Positions 21,113 to 32,169 are shown, counted from the first letter of the stretch. The stretch is 64,000 nucleotides of DNA from Candidatus Pelagibacter sp. (GCA_045567255.1 JBJLDH010000007.1:14002-78001); one strand, 5' to 3'. A program made the numbers and translations. The notes: generated by a model not told the origin, from the letters alone.

Positions 21113-22283
21113 AAATAAAATTATTGATCTTGGGATGCATCCTTATGCAGATACGTTTATAAACAAAAATCAACTTAATAAGTCTGAACCTGTATTTCCT
21201 CTACAATGCTATTTAGATAAGTCTAATTGTATGATTTATAATTCGGTATCAACCAATGAAAAAGATAGATACAATTTATATGAGTACTCATATACATCTT
21301 CAAATTCAAAATTATCTAAAGATTATTGGGCAAATTATGGAAAATCAATTATCAAACAATTTAAAGTAAATAAAAGCACAAAAGTTTTAGAAATAGGATC
21401 TAATGACGGTTATTTGCTTAAACAATTCAAAAAAAAAACTAAAAAAATATTAGGAGTAGATGCATCTATTTTTATGTCTAAGATTGCAAACAATTACAAC
21501 ATAAAAACATCTAATCTTATATTTAATAAAAAAAATAGCATATATTTAAGTAGAAAGTATGGAAATTTTGATATTGTTATTGCAAACAATGTACTTAATC
21601 ATGCAAATGATCCATTTGATTTTGTTAAAGGAGTAAAAAATATTTTATCAAAAGATGGAAAGTTTATTTTTGAATTACCTTATTGGTATAATTTGGTTAA
21701 AATGAAAAAATTTGATCAAATTTATCATGAACATGTTAGTTACCTAACTGCAAAATCATCATTTAATCTTTTAAAAAATAGTAATCTAGAAATTTTTAAA
21801 ATAGAAGAAACACCCTATCATGGTGGTTCTATTAGAGTATTTTCAAAACATGCAGATGTAGTAAATTTAAATAATGCGCTTGATAAAATTATAAAAAAAG
21901 AGGAGAAAATTAAATTATTTAATACAGAAACTTATGAAGAATTTATGAAAATTTTAAGCTTAAAAAAAATTAAATTTTTAAAAAAAATTATAAAATATAA
22001 ATCTAAAGGATATAAGATAGTTGGGATAGGAGCTGCAGCAAAGGCAAATACATTTTTAAATTATATTGGTCTTAATAATTTAATTATTGATTTTGTCACA
22101 GATGCATCAAAGTACAAAATTGGCAAGTTTACTCCATTAACTAGGATACCAATTTATAGTGATAATGCTTTAAAAACTATAGGTAAAAAAATTTGTGCAA
22201 TTCCACTAGCATGGAATTTAAGCTATATACTTGAAAAAAAACTTAAAAAAATTAATAAAAATATAATATTCTTAAGATTTTAA
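21102..22283 (+). CDS. NDP-hexose C-methyltransferase-family SAM enzyme
   Basis: DLGMHPYADTF, LEIGSNDGYLL, ANNVLNH, FDQIYHEH, HGGSIR, GAAAKANTFLN. Confidence 0.8.
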   Translation: MKNKNKIIDLGMHPYADTFINKNQLNKSEPVFPLQCYLDKSNCMIYNSVSTNEKDRYNLYEYSYTSSNSKLSKDYWANYGKSIIKQFKVNKSTKVLEIGSNDGYLLKQFKKKTKKILGVDASIFMSKIANNYNIKTSNLIFNKKNSIYLSRKYGNFDIVIANNVLNHANDPFDFVKGVKNILSKDGKFIFELPYWYNLVKMKKFDQIYHEHVSYLTAKSSFNLLKNSNLEIFKIEETPYHGGSIRVFSKHADVVNLNNALDKIIKKEEKIKLFNTETYEEFMKILSLKKIKFLKKIIKYKSKGYKIVGIGAAAKANTFLNYIGLNNLIIDFVTDASKYKIGKFTPLTRIPIYSDNALKTIGKKICAIPLAWNLSYILEKKLKKINKNIIFLRF

Positions 22284-22290
22284 ACGTAAA

Positions 22291-22698
22291 ATGAAATTAA
22301 GAAACATATACAAAGAAACCACTAAGGAACTCCAAACACACCATGATGAAAGAGGTATGATTTCTGATATTTTTTATAAAGAAAATATTCATCACTCAGC
22401 TCTAATTGAAAGCAAGCCAAATATAATTAGAGGCAATCATTATCACAAAAAAACAACACAGCATATGATTATGACTCAGGGTAGCTTAGAGTACTGGTAT
22501 AAAAAATATGGATCAGACGAAAAAGCAAAGTGTATTTTGCTAAAGAAAGGTGATTATGTTAGCACACCACCCTATGAAATTCATGCATTGAAAATTGGTT
22601 CTGAAGGAAATCAATTTATTGTTTATAGTGAAGGAACAAGAGGTGGATTAGATTATGAAAAAGATACATTTAGAGTACCCTCAATTATCAACAAGTAA
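22291..22698 (+). CDS. Cupin protein, NDP-sugar ketoisomerase/epimerase-like
   Basis: DERG...RGNHYH...PPYEIHA. Confidence 0.65.
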   Translation: MKLRNIYKETTKELQTHHDERGMISDIFYKENIHHSALIESKPNIIRGNHYHKKTTQHMIMTQGSLEYWYKKYGSDEKAKCILLKKGDYVSTPPYEIHALKIGSEGNQFIVYSEGTRGGLDYEKDTFRVPSIINK

Positions 22699-23244
22699 AA
22701 ATAAAATTTTAATTTTTGGAAAAAATAGCACTCTTTCCAAAAAATTTTTTTCTATTATAGAAAAAGATAAATTTAAAATAGATAGAGTTAGTAGAAAAGA
22801 AATTAACTTTAATTCAAACTATAGATCAAAACTAAAAAAAAAAATTACAAAATTTAATCCAGATATAATAGTTAATTTTATAGGAAAGTTTGATCTTAAT
22901 GAAAGTGCATCCAAAGAACTTTTATTGCTGAATATTTTGCCTACTTGGGAAATTATAAGATTTTTTTTAAAAAAAAAAAAATAAAAAAAATTAATTTAGT
23001 TATTATTGGTTCTAGCTCTTATAATTCACCCAGAAAAAAATATATGCTATATGCAGCTTCAAAAGCAGGACTAAATAGTTTGATTGCTAGTGCCAAAGAA
23101 TATTTCAAAGATACACAAATACTTGTAAAGATTTACAATCCTTCTACATTTGGTGGAAAGCATATAAAGAATTATAATAAAAAAATTAAAGAAGATATAA
23201 ATAAAGTTGCAAAAAAAATTTATAACTATATTAAAACTAACTAG
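22655..23244 (+). CDS. Short-chain dehydrogenase/reductase, frameshift at A13 run
   Basis: ILIFGKNSTL N-terminus in ORF 22655-22984 and GSSS...YAASK in ORF 22945-23244. The break is at 22969-22981. Confidence 0.65.
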
Positions 23245-23259
23245 ATTATATTTATCCAA

Positions 23260-24255
23260 ATGAAAAAAAAAGCATTTATAACAGGAGTTGCAGGTCAAGA
23301 CGGCAGTTATTTGACTGAACTGTTGTTAAATAAAAACTATAAAGTTTATGGTATAGTAAGAAGAAATTCGGTTGTTGAGCATCAAAAAAATAGATTAGAT
23401 CATTTATCAAAAGGTTTAGAATTAATATATGGAGATTTATTAAATGAGAGTTCAATTTCTCAGCTTTTAAAAAAAATAAAACCAAATGAAATATATAATC
23501 TTGCAGCACAATCCCATGTAAGAATAAGTTTTGATATACCAGAATTTACTGCAAAAACTAATGCCATTGGTGTATTGAATCTTTTACAAGCTTATAGACA
23601 TGAATCACCAAATTCAAAATTTTATCAGGCATCTTCATCTGAAATGTTTGGAAGATCTGTAGATAAAGATGGATTTCAAAGAGAAACAACACCTTTAGAG
23701 CCAACCAGCCCTTATGGATGTGCTAAAGTTTTTGCTTATAACTTAGTCAAACATTATAGAAATGCTTATAAACTTTTTGCCTGTAATGGAATATTATTTA
23801 ATCATGAATCTCCACGAAGGGGATCAAATTTTGTTACAAATAAGGTTGTTAAGAATTCAGTCAAAATATATTTAGGCTTACAAGAAAAATTAGAGGTAGG
23901 GAATATACACGCATATAGAGATTGGGGTCACGCAAAAGATTACGTTAAAGCAATGAATAAAATATTAAACTATAAAAAAGCCGATGATTGGGTAGTTGCA
24001 ACAGGTAAAACAAGATCTGTTGATCAGATGATAAATTATGTATTTCAAAAATTGAAATTAAATAAAAAGAAACATTTAAAAATAAACAAAAAATTTTTTA
24101 GGCCGGAAGAATTAAAATATCTTAGAGGAGATTCAAAAAAAGCAAGAAAACTTTTAAAATGGAAGCCAGAATATACTTTTGAAAAAATGTTAGATGAAAT
24201 GATAGAGTTTTGGTTTGAATTTTATAAGAAAAATGAAAATCTTAAAAATTTTTAA
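23260..24255 (+). CDS. gmd: GDP-mannose 4,6-dehydratase
   Basis: AFITGVAGQDGSYL, YNLAAQSHV, YQASSSEMFG, GILFNHESPRRG, RDWGHAKDYV. Confidence 0.95.
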   Translation: MKKKAFITGVAGQDGSYLTELLLNKNYKVYGIVRRNSVVEHQKNRLDHLSKGLELIYGDLLNESSISQLLKKIKPNEIYNLAAQSHVRISFDIPEFTAKTNAIGVLNLLQAYRHESPNSKFYQASSSEMFGRSVDKDGFQRETTPLEPTSPYGCAKVFAYNLVKHYRNAYKLFACNGILFNHESPRRGSNFVTNKVVKNSVKIYLGLQEKLEVGNIHAYRDWGHAKDYVKAMNKILNYKKADDWVVATGKTRSVDQMINYVFQKLKLNKKKHLKINKKFFRPEELKYLRGDSKKARKLLKWKPEYTFEKMLDEMIEFWFEFYKKNENLKNF

Positions 24256-24256
24256 A

Positions 24257-25447
24257 TTATTTAAGAATTAACCTATTAAATATATTATCGCTAAATTTTT
24301 TTGAATTATGAATATTGTTTAAAATGTCAAAATATTTGTTTTCAATCTTTTTATTAGTATAAATGATATTAGATAAAAGTTTTTTGATATTTTTTATATT
24401 ATCAATCTCAACAGAATAACCAGTTTTATAAATTTTGTTGTATTTACTTATTAATCCATGATTTGAGGAAATATTTGGTTTTTTATATTTTCCAGAAAGA
24501 AAAAAAACTGCACTAGATCCAAAATAATTTTTTGTATATCCAGTCCATACTAGATTTGCTTTTTTAAATAAATACCGCTGAAATTCAGTTTCTAAGAATT
24601 TATCTATTGAAAATAAACTAAAATTATTGTTTTCTTTATATTTATTAACTATTTTTTTTGTATAATTATCATGTTTTCCAGCAATAATTATAGTTAAATT
24701 TTTTTTAGTTTTAATTTCGTTAGCCGCTTTTAAAAGAAATTGAATACCTTTTTCAAATCTTATAGATCCATAAACTAAAATAACAAAATTATTTTTTTTT
24801 TTTAAGTTTAATGATAATTTTTTATTTATAGATTTTTTTTTAATTACACTATTTTTTTTTTCTTCATGAAAACCAAAATCATAAGAAAGATTTATTTTTT
24901 TATAATGCCAAAATTTTTTTTTTGAATATTTTATAAATCTATGATCAGGAATAAAAATGTTTATTAAATTTTCTGAATTTAAAAGTTTATTGAATAAAAA
25001 TTTATTAATCATATTTTTATAAAACGAAAAACTATATATTTTTTGTTTTTCAATAAAATTTATTGCAGGAAATAATCCAGAAAATTTAGTATTCTTAAAT
25101 GGCGAACCAAAAATAGATAAAGCTTTATCAATTACAGTAAAAGTATTTAGGTATATAAGATCAAATTTATTAATAGAGTTTATTTTTTTTTTTATTATAA
25201 AATACAAGATTATCTGATTTATCAATATATTTAGGTACCCATTGTGATTAAAATTTTTATATTTTTCTAAATAATAAATTTTTACATTTTTTGTTTTAAT
25301 ATATGAGAAAGAAGGAAAGTTTTTTGTTTTAATAGATGTGAGAATTGACACATTATGATTTTCGGAAATTAATTTATCTACAAGAGCATTCAAATATAAA
25401 GATATATGATGACCCGAGGGTTCAGTTTCTATTAAAAGAATTTTCAT
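24257..25447 (-). CDS. GT-B (GT4-like) glycosyltransferase
   Basis: SGHH N-terminal motif, YGSIRFEKGI, IAGK, GSSAV. Confidence 0.65.
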   Translation of the reverse strand: MKILLIETEPSGHHISLYLNALVDKLISENHNVSILTSIKTKNFPSFSYIKTKNVKIYYLEKYKNFNHNGYLNILINQIILYFIIKKKINSINKFDLIYLNTFTVIDKALSIFGSPFKNTKFSGLFPAINFIEKQKIYSFSFYKNMINKFLFNKLLNSENLINIFIPDHRFIKYSKKKFWHYKKINLSYDFGFHEEKKNSVIKKKSINKKLSLNLKKKNNFVILVYGSIRFEKGIQFLLKAANEIKTKKNLTIIIAGKHDNYTKKIVNKYKENNNFSLFSIDKFLETEFQRYLFKKANLVWTGYTKNYFGSSAVFFLSGKYKKPNISSNHGLISKYNKIYKTGYSVEIDNIKNIKKLLSNIIYTNKKIENKYFDILNNIHNSKKFSDNIFNRLILK

Positions 25448-26184
25448 TTATCACTTTTATTTATCATTTTTAATTTATATTTTTTATTATTAAAAATTTT
25501 TTTAATTATATTCTTAGTTTTGATAAAATCAGACTTAGTACCTATATCAATAAAGTCATTATAATATTTTTTTGCAGATATTTTGTTTTTTTTAAATTGT
25601 TGTAAAATAATTTCTCTATCTAAATCAATATTTTTTATTTTTATTTTTTTAAATATTTTTTTATTTAAAATATAAGTTCCACCACTTACCCATGATTTTT
25701 TATTATTATAAAGCTTATAATTAATAAGATTATTTTTTTTGTTAAAAAAATATTTATATTTATTGTTAAGTTTATCAGAAAAATGACAAGCAGTAATTAA
25801 ATTTATTTTTTTTTTGAGAAAAATTTTTTCTAAATTTTTTAAAGGGATATCAAATATTGTATCGCCGTTTACTAAGAAAAAATTCTTATCAAGAAAAGAA
25901 AAACAATTTGCTATAGAACCTCCTGTACCTAATTTCTTTCTCTCTTTAATTATCTTAATATCCAAATCAAAAACTTTATTGAAATCAATATTATAAAATT
26001 GCTTTGGTTTCTTCCAAATTAAAATCAAAATTTTTTTTATTCCTTCTTTCTTAAGCTTTGAAATAAGATAGAATAAAAAAGGTATGTTATTTATTTTCAA
26101 TAATGGTTTAGGTGTATTTTTTGTTAATTTACCTAGTCTTGAACCAAGACCTCCTGCCAAAACAACACATTGTTTAATATTCAT
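25444..26184 (-). CDS. Sugar-1-phosphate nucleotidyltransferase (HddC-like)
   Basis: VVLAGGLGSRL...PKPL, LGTGGSI, VNGDT, FIDIG. Confidence 0.85.
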   Translation of the reverse strand: MNIKQCVVLAGGLGSRLGKLTKNTPKPLLKINNIPFLFYLISKLKKEGIKKILILIWKKPKQFYNIDFNKVFDLDIKIIKERKKLGTGGSIANCFSFLDKNFFLVNGDTIFDIPLKNLEKIFLKKKINLITACHFSDKLNNKYKYFFNKKNNLINYKLYNNKKSWVSGGTYILNKKIFKKIKIKNIDLDREIILQQFKKNKISAKKYYNDFIDIGTKSDFIKTKNIIKKIFNNKKYKLKMINKSDK

Positions 26185-26254
26185 TAAATTGTCAAAATTT
26201 TTTAATTATTATATTTATTAAACATTAATAAAAAAATATAAATCTAATTATTCC

Positions 26255-27175
26255 ATGTTTGTTAATTTAACAACTTTGATAATACCAACAAGAAATAGAC
26301 CTAAAAGTATTAATAAATTACTGTTCTACTTTTACAATAATAAAATTAAATTTAAACAGTTGCTAATTATAGATAGCTCAGATGAAAATTATAAAAAATA
26401 TAATTTAAATTTAGTCAAAAAGTTGAAAATAAAAATTATTAATACATATCCATCAGCATCACATCAAAGAAATATAGGTCTTAAACACGTAAAAAAAAAC
26501 ACAAAGTTTATAATGTTTTTAGATGATGATGTACTTTTTTTTAAGGACTCTTTTAAAAAAATGAATTTAACTATCAATAAATTTGAAAAAAAGAAAAATG
26601 TTGTAGGATTTGCATTTAATTTGATTAATAAAAAAAAAGAAAATTTCTTTATAAAAAAATTAAAAGAAAATAAATTATTGAATTATTTAAATTTATATTC
26701 AGGATATCCAGGAAAAGTTTTAAAAAGTGGTTGGCATTCAAAAATAGAAAATGTAGAAAATGATACTTATGTTGAATGGTTATTTTCTGGTGCAACAATC
26801 TACAAAAAAAATATTATTGAAAAAATGAGATTTAATACTTCTTTAGGATCTTATAGTTATTTAGAAGATCTTTTTTTCTCTCATGGAGTATTTAAAAAAG
26901 GATACAAACTAATTGTTTCAAAAAATGGAAAATTCAAAAATCCTAATTTTGTAGATAGATCAAATTTTAATTTTGGGATAAAAGAAGTCATCAACAGATA
27001 TAAGTTTGTAAAAAAATTTAATTTAAACAAAATTTTATTTTTTATTAATTGTTTATTTAGATTTTTAAAATCATTTTTACAAATATTTAAATTTAAAATA
27101 AATTATTTAATGAGATCAGTAGGAAATATATATGGAATGATTTGTATATTTTTAAATTTATATGAAAAAAAATAA
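26255..27175 (+). CDS. Glycosyltransferase family 2
   Basis: IIPTRNR, IIDSS, QRNIG, FLDDD, YLEDL. Confidence 0.8.
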   Translation: MFVNLTTLIIPTRNRPKSINKLLFYFYNNKIKFKQLLIIDSSDENYKKYNLNLVKKLKIKIINTYPSASHQRNIGLKHVKKNTKFIMFLDDDVLFFKDSFKKMNLTINKFEKKKNVVGFAFNLINKKKENFFIKKLKENKLLNYLNLYSGYPGKVLKSGWHSKIENVENDTYVEWLFSGATIYKKNIIEKMRFNTSLGSYSYLEDLFFSHGVFKKGYKLIVSKNGKFKNPNFVDRSNFNFGIKEVINRYKFVKKFNLNKILFFINCLFRFLKSFLQIFKFKINYLMRSVGNIYGMICIFLNLYEKK

Positions 27176-28271
27176 AAATACAATTTATGCTTGGGCTTGT
27201 GATATTGAAAATTATAGAGGAGAAGGAATTCTAGGAATCAATTTTCTAAAACAGCTTAGCAGAATATCAAAAAAGAAAATTTATGTAGAAAGTCCAAATA
27301 AAAAAATTCTAATTATCAATCAAAAAATAAAAATAATAAGTAATAAAAAAAAAAAGGAAATTAATTTTAACTTTTTTTATAATTATTTTTATCCAATTTA
27401 CGGCATTATAAAAATTTATCAAAATTGTTTTTATTACAATAATATTTGTTATGTAAATTTCTTACCATTATGGAATATATTATTATTTATATTTTTACCT
27501 AAAAAAACAATATATGGACCAATTACAGGAAGTATTTATACAAATGATGTAACTAATATATCAAGTTTTTTACGGAAATTTATAGTTCCAATTTTTTATA
27601 AAATTTCCTTACAAATTATTAAAAATGAAAAAATATTATTTTCTACATCAATTTTAAAAATATTTAATAAAAAAAGTAAAATAAAAAAAATATTTTATGA
27701 TTATAATTTGATTAACTATGAAAAAAAAAATTTTCAAATAAATAAAAAAAGAGATATTGATTTTTTATTTTATTATAGAAAATATTCTGCACACAGGTCA
27801 GATCTTCAAATAAATATAATTAAAAAGTTAGCTGATAATAATTTTAAAGTTTATGTTATTGGAGATAAATTTATTTATAAAAATATAACAAATTTAAATA
27901 TAATAGATAGATCAAGAGCATATAAATATTTATATAGAACAAAATATACAATTAATGAAGCAACTAACTTTTTTTCAATTTTTTGTATAGACGCTATTTC
28001 TTGTGGAGTAAAAGTATTTTATGATAAGAGAATTTCAAGAAATCAAAAATTTTTTCCTGAGAAATATTTTAAAAAGATCGATTTCAACAAAACAGATTTA
28101 TCTGTTTCAAATATAAAAAAAGCAGTAAAAGAATATAAAAAAAATAAAAAAAAATTGTATTTAATAAAACTAAATATTCTAAAATATATGAAGATTATTT
28201 TTTATATCATTTGGTTGAAAATAAATAAAAATTATCTTTTTTTCCATTTATTTCATAAATTATTGATCTAA
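27162..28271 (+). CDS. Hypothetical, possibly GT-B-like glycan protein (C-terminus uncertain)
   Basis: GEGILG, GPITGS, FCIDAISCG. An indel in the A-runs near 28137-28154 would instead end the gene at 28228. Confidence 0.45.
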   Translation: MKKNKNTIYAWACDIENYRGEGILGINFLKQLSRISKKKIYVESPNKKILIINQKIKIISNKKKKEINFNFFYNYFYPIYGIIKIYQNCFYYNNICYVNFLPLWNILLFIFLPKKTIYGPITGSIYTNDVTNISSFLRKFIVPIFYKISLQIIKNEKILFSTSILKIFNKKSKIKKIFYDYNLINYEKKNFQINKKRDIDFLFYYRKYSAHRSDLQINIIKKLADNNFKVYVIGDKFIYKNITNLNIIDRSRAYKYLYRTKYTINEATNFFSIFCIDAISCGVKVFYDKRISRNQKFFPEKYFKKIDFNKTDLSVSNIKKAVKEYKKNKKKLYLIKLNILKYMKIIFYIIWLKINKNYLFFHLFHKLLI

Positions 28272-29160
28272 GATTTATTAATTTATACTTTGAACTTAAA
28301 TTATTAAAATATTTGAAATTATTAATTTTTTCAAACCGTGATTGAAAAGAAAAAATTTGATATTCAAATTTTTTAAAAATAAAATTAAACTTATCTCTAA
28401 ACTTTAATGGAACTTCAGAAATTGACCAATTGGAAATAAATAGATTATTTTGTTTATTTTTAAATTTTTTTACAATTTTTTTTAAATCATTAATATTATT
28501 GATTAATTTAATTTTATTATTATTTTTGATGCCAAAGCCAACGTCAAGTTTACTTCTTTTAAGATAATAGTACTGTAGCATTCCTACCTCTTGCGTATCA
28601 AATATAATATAATTCACTTTACTATTAATTTTTTTAAAAATAGACGCCATATTTCCATACCCACCACCAAATTCGACTACATTATTATATTTATTTAAAT
28701 TTATTTTAGAAAAATTATTAAACTCTTTCAAGTGATGAACATGGTGGATTTTATTTCCACTTGTATATGGATATAAAAAAAAACGAACAGGGTTACCTAT
28801 GTCATTTTCTTGAATAAGTTTTTTCCAAAGCTTCCACTTTTTGTGTTTAATCAATTTAATTAATTCAAAAATAATAAAAAATCTATTATGTATAAAAAAC
28901 ATCTGCTGAATATAGCCATGTTGTAAAAAATTTAGAAGATTGCTATTTTTTATTAATTTTAATACTTTTTTACTAAAAACATCGTGCGTATTAAGTTTAT
29001 TTTTTTTTGTTAGTAATAATTTTGAATAATGTTTATTAATATCTTTTAGGATCTTTAAATCTGATCCACTGTATAAAATTTCTTTTTTATTAAAAAAAAA
29101 AGAAAGTTTTGCCCTTATAAACCTAGTTATATCTTTTAATCTTAAAATGAGATCTTTCAT
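28207..29160 (-). CDS. Putative sugar O-methyltransferase
   Basis: IGNP, VVEFGGGYGNMA, YIIFD, FISNWSISE (class I SAM fold). Confidence 0.7.
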   Translation of the reverse strand: MKDLILRLKDITRFIRAKLSFFFNKKEILYSGSDLKILKDINKHYSKLLLTKKNKLNTHDVFSKKVLKLIKNSNLLNFLQHGYIQQMFFIHNRFFIIFELIKLIKHKKWKLWKKLIQENDIGNPVRFFLYPYTSGNKIHHVHHLKEFNNFSKINLNKYNNVVEFGGGYGNMASIFKKINSKVNYIIFDTQEVGMLQYYYLKRSKLDVGFGIKNNNKIKLINNINDLKKIVKKFKNKQNNLFISNWSISEVPLKFRDKFNFIFKKFEYQIFSFQSRFEKINNFKYFNNLSSKYKLINLRSIIYEINGKKDNFYLFSTK

Positions 29161-30185
29161 TTTGTTATATTATGTAATTTATCCGCTGCCAAGGTTCCAT
29201 AATATTTATTTACTTTAGGTAAAAGATGTCCATCTAGTAAAAAATGTGTTTGATATTCAAATTTTTTTGCAATTTCTTCAGTCAAAGACATACAATGTAT
29301 TTTAATTTTATTACATATTTCTTTTATTCGGTTATCAAATGCCAAAGCATCATTTGAATATCCTTTTTTTAGAAGTTTTATTTGTATTTGTTGTGGTATT
29401 ATTAAGATAATTAGCCTTTTTTTTAAACTTTCATTCAATAATTTAATATTATTTTCAAAGTACTTGTATTTATATTCCCATGATGGTGAACTTTTCATAT
29501 TTATATATCCAGAATCAATACCTCTTTTATAATATAAATTTATATATATTTCGTCATTTTTTAATAAACTTTTAGAAATAAATTTAACTGACAATAAATT
29601 CAAATTGTTAATAATAAATCTAACTTTATTTAATAAACTTGATTTCTCCATTTTTACATCTTTGGATCTTTTTTTTTGAACATCAAATAAATCATTTGGC
29701 GTAAGACCATACAAAACAAAATTATTTGATTCATTAATTTTTTTATTAGTTTTTAAAATATTAATTACTTGATCAATTTGATAACCATTAACTCCTAAAT
29801 TAATTTCACTGAATTTTTTTTTTATATTTTTTTTATTTATTTCAGAAATAAAATTGTAGGGATAAGTGTCTTCATAATCACTCAAATACCCAAATGTAAA
29901 ACTATCTCCAACAAAAATTAATTTATCTTTATATAGTTTTCTATCGTTTTCGCTTACTCTTTCACCATAAGAGTTTGTTACATATGTTGTTATCTCTTTT
30001 TTTTCAAAATACTTTTCTTTAAAATAGCAGTTACTTTGATTTACATATATTTTTTCATTTTGAACATTAGTATAACAACTTAATTTTTTAGTTTCTTTGA
30101 AATAATATTTAAAACATATCTCAATAAAAAAAAAAATAAAAAATGTTATCAAAATTATATAAAAGCTAACTTTTATTTTTTTCAT
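29157..30185 (-). CDS. Membrane-anchored SGNH/GDSL hydrolase/acyltransferase (SxtL-like position)
   Basis: N-terminal TM, GDSFTFG, NLGVNG, PNDL, DGHL (S-G-N-H blocks). Confidence 0.75.
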   Translation of the reverse strand: MKKIKVSFYIILITFFIFFFIEICFKYYFKETKKLSCYTNVQNEKIYVNQSNCYFKEKYFEKKEITTYVTNSYGERVSENDRKLYKDKLIFVGDSFTFGYLSDYEDTYPYNFISEINKKNIKKKFSEINLGVNGYQIDQVINILKTNKKINESNNFVLYGLTPNDLFDVQKKRSKDVKMEKSSLLNKVRFIINNLNLLSVKFISKSLLKNDEIYINLYYKRGIDSGYINMKSSPSWEYKYKYFENNIKLLNESLKKRLIILIIPQQIQIKLLKKGYSNDALAFDNRIKEICNKIKIHCMSLTEEIAKKFEYQTHFLLDGHLLPKVNKYYGTLAADKLHNITK

Positions 30186-32020
30186 TAATCAAGTTCGAAT
30201 TGTTCTTTATAGTCTTTTATTAAATTTAAATTTTGTTTTTTTTTATTTAAAACACATTTACCAATAATAAGAAAATCTAATTTGTTACCCATAAAACAAT
30301 TAAAAGCATCTTCTGGTGTATTTACTATTGGTTCACCTCTTACATTAAATGAAGTATTTATTAATATTGGGCAGGATGTTTTATTTTCGAATTCTTTAAT
30401 TAAATTATAATATAAATTATTTAATTTTTCATTTACCGTTTGAATTCTTGCGGTATAATCAACATGTGTTACCGCCGGTATTGAAGACCTAACAATATTT
30501 AATTTATCTATACCAAATAATTTTTCTTCACTTTCTCCTTTATTTTTTAATCTTTGTTCAGATACCTTAGCTACTAAAAGCATATAAGGACTTTTTTCGT
30601 CTAAATTGAACCATTCAGAGTATTTGTTTTCTAAAACTGATGGAGCGAAGGGTCTAAAACTTTCTCTAAACTTTACTTTAAGATTTAAATTTTTCTGCAT
30701 TGTTAAGTTTCTTGGATCTGCAAGAATGGATCTATTTCCCAAAGATCTTGGTCCAAATTCCATCCTACCCTGGAACCATCCTATTGCATTTCCTTTAGTT
30801 AATTCATCTGCAGTAAACTCAACTAAACTTTTCTCATCCATAATTTCATAAATAGCTCCAATTTTTTTTAATTTTTCTTCAATTATTTCCTGAGAGTATT
30901 CTGGACCTAGGTAAGATCCTTTCATATCATCGTTTGAGTTTATAATTCTATTCTTTTTTAACTTTATATACCATATTGCAAGAGCAGCACCCAATGCTCC
31001 ACCTGCATCACCTGCAGCTGGTTGTATCCATATATTTTTAAATATTTTTTTCTCTACAATTTTTCCATTAGCAACACAATTTAAAGCAACTCCACCTGCT
31101 AAACATAAGTTATCTATTTCATATTCATTTTTTAACGATTTTATTAATTTTAACATAATTTCTTCAATGACGTTTTGAATTGATGCAGCTATATCCATAT
31201 AAAATTGATCTAATTTTTCTTTTTTAGGATCTCTACGATTTCTTTTAAAAAGTTTTTCAAAATTTTTATTAGTCATTTCAAATCCAGTTGAATAATCAAA
31301 ATATTTTTGGTTAAGCCAAAATGTTCCATCTTCTTTTATATCAATTAAGTTTTTTTTAATTAATGATAAATATTTAGGTTCGCCGTAGGGTGCTAATCCC
31401 ATCATTTTATACTCACCACTATTAACTTTAAAGCCTGTGTAATATGTAAAAGCAGAGTATAATAAACCTAAGGAATGAGGAAAATGTAATTCCTTTTTTA
31501 TTTCCAAATCCTTACCTTTACCAATGGCAACAGTTGTAGTTGCCCATTCCCCCACGCCATCAGCAGTTAATACAATTGCCTCTTTAAAAGGAGATGGATA
31601 AAAGGCACTAGCAGCATGACTCAAATGATGTTCAGAAAATAACAATTTTTTTTCATCAAATTTTGAGTCAATTTTTTTTAGATTGTTAATTAATATTTTT
31701 TTTTGAAATAACTTATATTTAATCCAAATTGGTACAGATTTAACAAATTGACCAAAACCCCTGGGTGCATTAGCAACGTAGGTTTCTATTAATCTCTCAA
31801 ATTTTAAAAAAGGTTTTTCATAAAATACTACATAATCTATTTCTTCTAATTTTAATTTTCCATATTCTAAAACAAAATTTATAGAATTATGTGGATAATT
31901 GGAGTCGTGTTTTTTTCTTGTAAATCTTTCCTCTTGTACTGCAGCAATTATTTCACCATCTACTACTAATGCAGCTGCACTGTCGTGATAAAATGCAGAT
32001 ATTCCGAGAATTGATACCAC
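30185..32020 (-). CDS. O-carbamoyltransferase (NodU/CmcH/SxtI family)
   Basis: GTG at 32020 gives VSILGISAFYHDSAAA, QEERFTR, EHHLSHAASAF, CLAGGVALNC, GRMEFGPRSLGNRS, NTSFNVRGEP. Confidence 0.92.
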   Translation of the reverse strand: MVSILGISAFYHDSAAALVVDGEIIAAVQEERFTRKKHDSNYPHNSINFVLEYGKLKLEEIDYVVFYEKPFLKFERLIETYVANAPRGFGQFVKSVPIWIKYKLFQKKILINNLKKIDSKFDEKKLLFSEHHLSHAASAFYPSPFKEAIVLTADGVGEWATTTVAIGKGKDLEIKKELHFPHSLGLLYSAFTYYTGFKVNSGEYKMMGLAPYGEPKYLSLIKKNLIDIKEDGTFWLNQKYFDYSTGFEMTNKNFEKLFKRNRRDPKKEKLDQFYMDIAASIQNVIEEIMLKLIKSLKNEYEIDNLCLAGGVALNCVANGKIVEKKIFKNIWIQPAAGDAGGALGAALAIWYIKLKKNRIINSNDDMKGSYLGPEYSQEIIEEKLKKIGAIYEIMDEKSLVEFTADELTKGNAIGWFQGRMEFGPRSLGNRSILADPRNLTMQKNLNLKVKFRESFRPFAPSVLENKYSEWFNLDEKSPYMLLVAKVSEQRLKNKGESEEKLFGIDKLNIVRSSIPAVTHVDYTARIQTVNEKLNNLYYNLIKEFENKTSCPILINTSFNVRGEPIVNTPEDAFNCFMGNKLDFLIIGKCVLNKKKQNLNLIKDYKEQFELD

Positions 32021-32169
32021 TAGAAAATTGTATATATAAAAGGAGCTATTGCAGATCCTTGACTTAAAATAACAAGTCCACCAAATACTAGTAGAACAAT
32101 AACTATAGGTAGCATCCAATACTTCTTTCTCTTTCCTATAAATCTAAGAAACTCTGAAATAAAACTCAT
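32020..32169 (-). CDS. 49-aa membrane peptide, DUF5989/SxtK-like (not in the ORF track)
   Basis: MSFISEFLRFIGKRKKYWMLPIVIVLLVFGGLVILSQGSAIAPFIYTIF. TAATG overlap with the upstream gene and TAGTG overlap with the downstream gene. Confidence 0.85.
   Translation of the reverse strand: MSFISEFLRFIGKRKKYWMLPIVIVLLVFGGLVILSQGSAIAPFIYTIF

Noticed and set aside
32021-32119. 33-aa N-terminal extension of the carbamoyltransferase
   Set aside because: It overlaps the SxtK-like gene in another frame. Family homology starts at GTG 32020.
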